Of a stretch of DNA of 40,000 nt, positions 33,969 to 40,000 are shown in pieces. The translations under genes were made by a program, and so were the position numbers. The notes under the pieces were generated by a model. The model was given only the letters and a program-made list of their open reading frames with translations. It was not told where the DNA came from and did not search any database. The stretch is from NCBI GenBank assembly GCA_965227905.1, contig OZ245780.1, positions 1 through 40,000 on the forward strand, in the 5' to 3' direction. Numbering within the stretch: the stretch's first letter is position 1; the number at the start of each line of letters is the position of its first letter. This stretch comes from Methyloligellaceae bacterium (GTDB lineage Bacteria; Pseudomonadota; Alphaproteobacteria; Rhizobiales; Methyloligellaceae).

Positions 33969-35471
33969 ATGAAATACCCAGCTGTCGAAGAATTCATCCA
34001 GTGCCTCCAGTCCGCCGGTAAAACAATGACGACCCAGACGTTTGCGGACGAAGTGTGCGACATCGCTCGGTCTAGCAATGCCGAAACGTTGAATCGGATC
34101 GCAGACGCATTTACCGATCTGGCACGAAAAGGAGATGTATCTCAATCTCTCGGAGTTGAATGGATCGGGTCCGTTGCGCCGGACAGCCCGATCGCAGATA
34201 TCACGGGCAAGATTGCCATCGCCTATGGCGCACGCGCGGCAAGACTTACGATCCAGGGTACATCCCAATGCAATATAGTTGCTGGTTTTGCACTGAAAGC
34301 CGATATCATTCGCAATACACCTGACCGTTCATTGGTTCTTGTCGACCGCGGAGGGCACATGAGCGCCATTGGGGCTATGGCTCTTCCAGAACATGACGTT
34401 CGATGGATGGAACGGCGGTACAACAGCGAACACGGCGTTCAGATCCCGCTTCAGGCGAATGATATTGAGAGCCAGATTGTAGCGTCTGAACACCAAGGGC
34501 GAAGAGTGAAAGCGGTCTTCTTGGTTAGCCCAAGCTACGAAGGCATCTCTGCAAAAATCGAAAACATTGTCAGCGTTTGCAAAAAGCACAATGTCGAAGT
34601 TTGGATTGATGGTGCCTGGGGCGCTTTGTGGGGACTGCACCCCCGGTTCCCTCCGTCGCCAGTCAGTATGGGCGCTTCTTTGGCCACCGTAAGTTTGCAC
34701 AAGAAGGGGCTCGGCACATCTCAATGCGCCGCACTGCTCTTTAACAGCGGTCGATTGCTCACCGCGTATGATCAGGTTCGTCAACTCGGGTTGGAAACCA
34801 CGAGCCCCTATCATCCATCGATAGTACATGTGGAGAGTTGTCTACGGCGAACTCTGAGCGGCGCTGGTTTGGAAGATTGGAATCGAGCTTGTGAGGCGGC
34901 AGAGGAACTCATCGCTCACGTCGATTCTATACCCGGTTGTTATGCATTACGCCGGCAACATGTCGGAACAGATCTGCACAGCGATCCTTGTCACCTGACA
35001 TTCAATGTGCGGCATACGGGTCACACCGGTTACGCCATACTCAATGAATTGCGCAAAAAGCATGGCCTCATCTGTGAAATGGCCACGAGGGACACCGTCT
35101 TGATGCTGGCGGGTCCAGACCTTCCACGATGTCTTGGCAAGTGGAAGAGCGGTTGGTCAGATGTGGTGATGCGGTTGCCGGACGGCAAACCACAAGAAGA
35201 ACTCAGCGTGCCACAGATCAAGCCGGATCTGTGCCTGCCCCTTCACGAAGCCCTTCGCGCTCCGCAAGAGGTTGTCGCGTCAGAGGACGCGATCGGCAGA
35301 ATAAGCGCCATACCACTGGGTGCCTATCCACCAGGCCAGTGCATCTTATTCCCGGGAGAGAGAGTGAACGAGGAGGCGATCGAGTTTCTTCGCGCCGTTG
35401 TGAAGGCCGGTGGTCGCCTGAAAGGGATTTCTGGATCAATAGATAAAGCAGGCATACCGGTCGTCAAATGA
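33969..35471 (+). CDS. PLP-dependent Orn/Lys/Arg decarboxylase-family enzyme (fold type I)
   Basis: AGGGG lies upstream of the ATG at 33969 (the ORF-track start at 33963 is GTG). IQGTSQCNIV is present, as is the PLP-lysine motif TVSLHKKG (SxHK). The C-terminal-domain segment GAYPPGQCILFPGERVNEEAIEFL matches the pYPPGiP...pGE pattern of this family. Confidence 0.8.
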   Translation: MKYPAVEEFIQCLQSAGKTMTTQTFADEVCDIARSSNAETLNRIADAFTDLARKGDVSQSLGVEWIGSVAPDSPIADITGKIAIAYGARAARLTIQGTSQCNIVAGFALKADIIRNTPDRSLVLVDRGGHMSAIGAMALPEHDVRWMERRYNSEHGVQIPLQANDIESQIVASEHQGRRVKAVFLVSPSYEGISAKIENIVSVCKKHNVEVWIDGAWGALWGLHPRFPPSPVSMGASLATVSLHKKGLGTSQCAALLFNSGRLLTAYDQVRQLGLETTSPYHPSIVHVESCLRRTLSGAGLEDWNRACEAAEELIAHVDSIPGCYALRRQHVGTDLHSDPCHLTFNVRHTGHTGYAILNELRKKHGLICEMATRDTVLMLAGPDLPRCLGKWKSGWSDVVMRLPDGKPQEELSVPQIKPDLCLPLHEALRAPQEVVASEDAIGRISAIPLGAYPPGQCILFPGERVNEEAIEFLRAVVKAGGRLKGISGSIDKAGIPVVK

Positions 35472-35513
35472 CTGTTGCTACTATTGGCTATGAAAGAGCA
35501 TAAGGATAAACAC

Positions 35514-36995
35514 ATGAAGAGTCGTACATTCTCCGGTCGCGAAAACACTGAGCGGCACTATCTCTCCAACATTGAAGGCTTGCGACAAGTCGGGGTCGAT
35601 CCCTACCCAGCTGAGGCGTACCTGCCTTCGCATTCTGTTCAGGACGTCCGACAAGTGTCGGCGACGTTAAGTCAGACCGAGCAGAGCGTGCGCCTGGCAG
35701 GCCGTCTTGTCGCTCGTCGCTCGATGGGAAGGGTTAAGTTTTATGATATCCAAGATGGCGCTGATCGGTTGCAGTTGTATCTGTCTGAGAAAGATGTCGA
35801 CCCTCTAGGTTGGCAGATTGCTCAGTTCGTTGATATTGGCGATTTGATTGGTGTCGATGGCGAGGTCTTTACGACGCGAAAGGGTGAGTTGAGCCTTAAA
35901 GTCAGAACTCTCACCATGTTGGGAAAGTGTCTTCGGAGCCCTCCGCTGGGAAAGACCGACTCAGATGGTCTGATGCACCAGCCGTTGTCGGATCGAGGCC
36001 AGTTACGTGCGGACCGACATATCTTGTTGCTTACCGACGAACAATTCAGGAACCGCATGATAAAGCGAGATCAATTGATCAGGGAGATTCGGAGCTATTT
36101 CCAGGAATCTGGTTTCGTCGAAGTTGATACGCCGGTTCTAGGCGGAGCATATGGGGGTGCTGCTGCGCGCCCATTCGTTACACACTCAAAATCGCTCAAG
36201 CAGGAACTCTTCCTTCGTGTTTCCCCCGAGTGCAGTCTTAAGCGGGCCCTTTGTGGAGGGCTCAATCGAGTATTTGAAATCGGTAAGTGCTACCGAAATG
36301 AAGGAATCGATCACAGTCATTCGCCGGAGTTCACCAGTATCGAGTGGTATGAAGCATGGACGTCTTATATCACCCAGATGAAGCGGTTTGAGTCACTGGT
36401 GGCCAGAATGGTCTTGTCCGTTCAGGATAGTTATTGGGTCCGGTTCAGAGGGAAGACATTCGATTTCACTCCACCTTGGCCAAGACTCCGCGTTTCGGAA
36501 GCGGTAGCGGAAGCACTGAATTTGCCGCACAGCGAGTTGACGATCACAAATCTGAATGCGTGGTGGGATAATCAAGAAATAGATGGTGCCAGACCAACGT
36601 CTTGGGGTGAAATGGTGATGGCGATTTTCGAAGAGGTCGTTGAGCCAACACTGATAGGCCCAGTCATGATTATCGACCACCCTGTGGACGTTAGCCCACT
36701 GACCAAACGTCATCGCTCAGACCCCCGGCTTGCTGAGCGTTTCGAGCCATTTGTGGGTGGACTAGAAATCGGAAATGGGTATTCAGAGTTGAATGATCCG
36801 GTCGAACAGCGCGAACGTTTGTCAGCGCAGGATTTGGCACGAGATGATCCGTACGGTTTGGACGAGGCATTTGTTCGTGCAATCGAGAATGGGATGCCAC
36901 AAGCGGGTGGCGCCGGAATGGGTATCGATCGCATCGTCATGATCTTGACTGACGCAGAGCGACTATCTGACGTGATCTTGTTTCCCGCGGCGTAA
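35514..36995 (+). CDS. lysS: class II lysyl-tRNA synthetase paralog (full length, with OB anticodon-binding domain)
   Basis: The OB domain shows VRLAGRLVARRSMGRVKFYDIQDGADRLQLYL, and motif 1 is FVEVDTPVL. GGAAARPFVTHSKSL and LFLRVSPECSLKRALCGGLNRVFEIGKCYRNEGIDHSHSPEFTSIEWY (motif 2) are present. EIGNGYSELNDPVEQRERL and GMPQAGGAGMGIDRIVMIL (motif 3) are also present. The ATG at 35514 has AAGGA 7 nt upstream. The ORF-track TTG at 35475 and the ATG at 35490 are alternatives. Confidence 0.85.
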   Translation: MKSRTFSGRENTERHYLSNIEGLRQVGVDPYPAEAYLPSHSVQDVRQVSATLSQTEQSVRLAGRLVARRSMGRVKFYDIQDGADRLQLYLSEKDVDPLGWQIAQFVDIGDLIGVDGEVFTTRKGELSLKVRTLTMLGKCLRSPPLGKTDSDGLMHQPLSDRGQLRADRHILLLTDEQFRNRMIKRDQLIREIRSYFQESGFVEVDTPVLGGAYGGAAARPFVTHSKSLKQELFLRVSPECSLKRALCGGLNRVFEIGKCYRNEGIDHSHSPEFTSIEWYEAWTSYITQMKRFESLVARMVLSVQDSYWVRFRGKTFDFTPPWPRLRVSEAVAEALNLPHSELTITNLNAWWDNQEIDGARPTSWGEMVMAIFEEVVEPTLIGPVMIIDHPVDVSPLTKRHRSDPRLAERFEPFVGGLEIGNGYSELNDPVEQRERLSAQDLARDDPYGLDEAFVRAIENGMPQAGGAGMGIDRIVMILTDAERLSDVILFPAA

Positions 36996-37219
36996 CACCG
37001 CCCGGCAACGATGTCTGATGAATCAAGCACGATATTGAGCGGCGGCAATTCGCTGTCGCTCAGTCGAGCTTGGCGAGGCACGAGGCTAGCGAAATGGCAA
37101 CTGACCCCTCATCCACAATGTGGGACGATGGCAACATCAGCTCATTATCCCGATTTCGGGATAACTGCACCTTAAGACTGGAACTGCACAATCGAATAAG
37201 CTAGCGTAAAAGATGGAAG

Positions 37220-37933
37220 TTGGTGCCGATCACCAATTTAGAAAAATCGACGATGAATCATCCACTTAAGATTGACGAGTTATTGGGGCCGCTCAACGAT
37301 ATTGAGCGTAAGAATGCACCTGCGAACCTATTCATGGAAGGCGATCAGTCCCTTTTGTGTGACGGGCTCCGTGTCGCTATTGTCGGTTCCCGCAAAGCAA
37401 GTGAAGCAGGTGTTCGGCGCGCACGCGCATTCGTAAAAGCACTTGTTGAACACGACATCACAGTTGTCAGTGGCCTCGCCGAAGGCATTGACACAGTGGC
37501 ACATGAAACAGCGATTGCACTTGGCGGCAAAACTATTGCTGTTCTTGGCACGCCACTCGATAAAGCCTACCCCGCAAAGAATAAGGAACTGCTCGACCTA
37601 ATCAAACGAGAGCACTTAGCAGTCTCGCAGTTCCCGCAGGGCTATCCGCCGAAGCGTGATAACTTTCCGCAGCGCAATCGAACGATGGCGCTAATTTCAG
37701 ATGCGACCGTAATCGTCGAGGCAAGCGAAAAAAGCGGGACACGCCATCAAGGATGGGAAGCAATTCGATTAGGACGGCTTGTATACATAATGCAGAATGT
37801 TGCAGAAGACGAGGCATTGTCCTGGCCTAGCGAAATGATCGATTACGGCGCTCAGGTCCTGAGGCGAGAGGATCTACCAGAAATTCTATATGATATTCCT
37901 AGTTTCACAGCTGGGGGAGTCAGTGCCTTCTGA
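37220..37933 (+). CDS. DprA/Smf-like Rossmann-fold DNA-processing protein (short form)
   Basis: VAIVGSRKASEAGVRRARAFVKALVEHDITVVSGLAEGIDTVAHETAI...TIAVLGTPLDKAYPAKNKEL...FPQRNRTMALISDATVIVEASEKSGT matches the DprA core (GSR...G...SGlA.GID..aH...l...G.tiaVlg.G.d..YP..n..L...F..RNRiia.ls....vvea...SG). The likely start is the ATG at 37253, because the ORF-track start is TTG. Confidence 0.8.
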   Translation: MVPITNLEKSTMNHPLKIDELLGPLNDIERKNAPANLFMEGDQSLLCDGLRVAIVGSRKASEAGVRRARAFVKALVEHDITVVSGLAEGIDTVAHETAIALGGKTIAVLGTPLDKAYPAKNKELLDLIKREHLAVSQFPQGYPPKRDNFPQRNRTMALISDATVIVEASEKSGTRHQGWEAIRLGRLVYIMQNVAEDEALSWPSEMIDYGAQVLRREDLPEILYDIPSFTAGGVSAF

Positions 37934-38549
37934 GATTGAGTACGGCACATTCGCGAATTATTCACCGCGTGGGACCTCAGCACTCTCGGTTAAGTCGCGT
38001 GGCATATGTGGACGGATCAAAGCTGGCAAAACGAGTCAGATAGAACGCGCAATACCTCGTTTGGCCGATCCTGAGTCAGAAGTTCTCAAGCCATTCCTCA
38101 ATCCCGACGTAACGCTGGTCCCTGCCCCACGCAGCGCACCCCTTGCTGATGGGGCACTATGGCCAGCCAGAGTTATTTCGGACATATTGGCAGCGAGCGG
38201 CTATGGCGACGAAGTGATGCCGCTGCTTGAACGCATCAGCGCAGTCAAGAAATCCTCCACCTCGCCCGCCAACGAAAGACCTTTGATCCCCGAACATATC
38301 GAAAGCATGCGGGTCAATGCCGACCTTATTCAGCCTCGGCGGATCACGATTGTCGACGATGTCTTGACCATGGGGCGGACAATGTTCGCGTGCGCCGAGC
38401 TTTTACTCCAAGCTTTTCCGCATGCTGAGGTTCGCGCATTCGCGATCATCAGAACTCAAGGGTTCGTGGATAACATCGATAGGATTTTTGATCCCTCTGT
38501 AGGGACAATCACGGGCTACCCTTCAGGTAAGTCACACCGGGAGCCATAG
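37923..38549 (+). CDS. phosphoribosyltransferase-domain (ComF/PRTase-like) protein
   Basis: The PRPP-binding signature RRITIVDDVLTMGRTMFACAELL is present. The GTG at 37923 is preceded by GGGGGAG and overlaps the DprA-like stop by 11 nt. The ORF track begins at 37890. Confidence 0.75.
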   Translation: MPSEIEYGTFANYSPRGTSALSVKSRGICGRIKAGKTSQIERAIPRLADPESEVLKPFLNPDVTLVPAPRSAPLADGALWPARVISDILAASGYGDEVMPLLERISAVKKSSTSPANERPLIPEHIESMRVNADLIQPRRITIVDDVLTMGRTMFACAELLLQAFPHAEVRAFAIIRTQGFVDNIDRIFDPSVGTITGYPSGKSHREP

Positions 38550-38661
38550 GAAGCGCACCTACGGCAAATAGGAGAGCGCTGTCGCTCCGGAAAAACATCT
38601 GGTGTGCTGGTTGTTGCAAAGCAAAGCTGGGTTCTGATCAGCAAACACACTGCCCAATCAA

Positions 38662-39849
38662 TCAAATCCTCGACGACTCACCTTGGTATTGTGCAAGCAT
38701 GTCGCGAAGTGTATTGCGAACGATGAGCCTGGAGAATTTCTTATAGTTTGAATTCTCTTTTTGCCAACGGCCGGCAGCGATTGAGGTATGAACACCAGCA
38801 GCGGCTGCAACATTTTCCATGTCCTCATTGCTTGCATATTTTTTGCGGAAAATCTTCTTCGCAAATTTCGATGGAATTAGGCAGTTCTTTGCCAAATTGT
38901 CGGCTTCTCTCTCCCTTTCATCATCGCTGTCCAGCTCCAGATCGTCGAAGAACACATGATCAGTCGATAGCAAAAGTTCGTAGTCTCGAACGAGATGAGA
39001 CAGCTCATGCAGTAGAGTGAACCAGAAATTGTCAATCCGATCATAACGAAGCGTTAGGCCAATTACCGGTGTTTCGCGGTTCAAGAGCATTACGGCACCA
39101 TCGAGAAACGTGCCCGGAAGAAGCGGCATGACAACCACGATGATCCCATATTCCGACAACCGTTCAATTGCCAAAACCGGCCCATTGGGTTTGACGCTGA
39201 GCTTGGCGATGGAGATTAGAAACTGCTTATCGATTTTTTTTTGTGAGTACGTGTTTGACGGCGGTCTCTTCATTGCCTTTGTGAGCACTGCGCCTTGCCA
39301 GACCAATAGAGCATGTTCGTCGGTTTTTTCGCTTGCACGCTGCGATCGCGTTTTACGAGGGAGAGCTGCGACTTTCCGCTCGCCGAACGCGTTTTGCAAA
39401 AACTTGCTGAGATGTTCTGTAGAAACATCAATGCCAATTTCACGCAGCTTTGTGAGGACGGGCTGACCCACAATAAAACTGTCGGTGCATTGCGGGTCTT
39501 CCTTCGTCATCAATGACTCATATGGAATTCCGAGTCCTGAATGAAGCGCTCTCATCATATCAACTGTGAGCTTTCGCTTGCCGCTCAGAACTTCAGACAC
39601 CCTTGCACGTGAACCGATAAATGGCTCAAGATCACGCGCTTTTAGGTCCAGTTGTTCCATGCGCAGTTTAATCGCCGCCGTGGGCGATGGCGCGTCGATT
39701 GCAAACGTCTCTCGTTCGTATTTTTCAATGACAGCGGCCAGTACATCAATCTCATCCAAATCTTCTTTACCAGAACCCGACATCATCAGCTCTCTCATTC
39801 GATCTATAGCCGCAGCATGGTCCTGCTCATTCCTAATTGGTTTTATCAT
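38662..39849 (-). CDS. HigA-like XRE-HTH antitoxin fused to ImmA/IrrE-family Zn metallopeptidase
   Basis: The ATG at 39849 (MIKPIRNEQDHAAAIDRMRELM...) has GGGAGG upstream. The HTH is ARDLEPFIGSRARVSEVLSGKRKLTVDMMRALHSGLGI. The C-terminal domain carries the HExxH motif FTLLHELSHLVRD. The ORF track extends to 39912. Confidence 0.75.
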   Translation of the reverse strand: MIKPIRNEQDHAAAIDRMRELMMSGSGKEDLDEIDVLAAVIEKYERETFAIDAPSPTAAIKLRMEQLDLKARDLEPFIGSRARVSEVLSGKRKLTVDMMRALHSGLGIPYESLMTKEDPQCTDSFIVGQPVLTKLREIGIDVSTEHLSKFLQNAFGERKVAALPRKTRSQRASEKTDEHALLVWQGAVLTKAMKRPPSNTYSQKKIDKQFLISIAKLSVKPNGPVLAIERLSEYGIIVVVMPLLPGTFLDGAVMLLNRETPVIGLTLRYDRIDNFWFTLLHELSHLVRDYELLLSTDHVFFDDLELDSDDEREREADNLAKNCLIPSKFAKKIFRKKYASNEDMENVAAAAGVHTSIAAGRWQKENSNYKKFSRLIVRNTLRDMLAQYQGESSRI

Positions 39850-40000
39850 TCGGCGGCCTCCCAATCTGCACCATCTTGAGTATTGGGATGCCGAGCACTT
39901 AGCTTCGTGCAACTTTCCAACAACATTACTCCGCTATCGAAATGAACAATGGATGCGATCCGGATGTTGTTGTTTGCCAGGTGAAAGCTCACTTTCGGCA
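39846..40000 (-). CDS. HigB-like toxin C-terminal fragment (5' end beyond window); tentative
   Basis: Hand translation of the reverse strand gives ...PKVSFHLANNNIRIASIVHFDSGVMLLESCTKLSARHPNTQDGADWEAAE*. The F-x-l-x-N-x-x-R-i pattern resembles the HigB_toxin family core (FnikGNkyRli). The stop overlaps the downstream HigA-like start as ATGA. Confidence 0.35.
   Translation of the reverse strand, partial: PKVSFHLANNNIRIASIVHFDSGVMLLESCTKLSARHPNTQDGADWEAAE

Larger units (their letters stand above)
21150..40000. mobile_element. lower-GC accessory island carrying a MobC-like/relaxase module (putative mobilizable island or plasmid-derived segment; right end beyond the window)
   Basis: G+C and codon style visibly drop after the NIPSNAP gene. 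The content is accessory and defence-like, including a MOBQ-type relaxase and its accessory gene. No integrase, tRNA or flanking direct repeat was recognised in the window, so the boundaries are approximate. Confidence 0.5.

Noticed and set aside
1-40000. Search for CRISPR arrays, tRNA/rRNA genes, IS elements/transposases and integrases
   Set aside because: No regularly spaced direct repeats, no cloverleaf-compatible tRNA-like segments at the island boundaries and no DDE/tyrosine-recombinase-like ORFs were recognised by eye. This should be confirmed with tRNAscan-SE, Infernal, ISEScan and CRISPR finders.

Overview
The window is a mosaic of three compositional blocks, with G+C judged by eye only. 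(1) Positions 1-3100 are very GC-rich. They carry a minus-strand trio: a partial tannase/feruloyl-esterase-like hydrolase, a fatty-acid-hydroxylase/sterol-desaturase-like protein and a membrane-anchored AraC regulator. (2) Positions ~3100-21150 look like an alphaproteobacterial (Rhizobiales-like) core or chromid. They carry an HGGxSTG-domain gene with palindromic intergenic repeats, and a complete Na+-NQR operon nqrABCDEF-nqrM (minus strand) with an upstream CBS gene and a divergent apbE. They also carry phaC, a FixI-like P1B ATPase with a DsbD_2-type membrane protein, a divergent two-gene heme-copper oxidase with atypical active-site residues, and a NIPSNAP gene. (3) Positions ~21150-40000 form a lower-GC accessory island that carries MobC-like and relaxase genes, so it appears mobilizable. 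The most interesting locus is a tight minus-strand operon at 22966-28736. It encodes a DpdA/TGT-like fusion protein, a UvrD-like helicase, a Cas4-like Fe-S nuclease and a QueD/PTPS-like enzyme. An unknown-protein + HAD-phosphatase pair converges on its 3' end. This resembles, but does not match, the known dpd 7-deazaguanine DNA-modification systems. The island also holds a ROK-like / unknown / PLP-decarboxylase / class II LysRS-paralog cluster, a DprA-like + PRTase pair, and a HigB-like + HigA-ImmA module. No tRNA, rRNA, CRISPR array, integrase or transposase was recognised.
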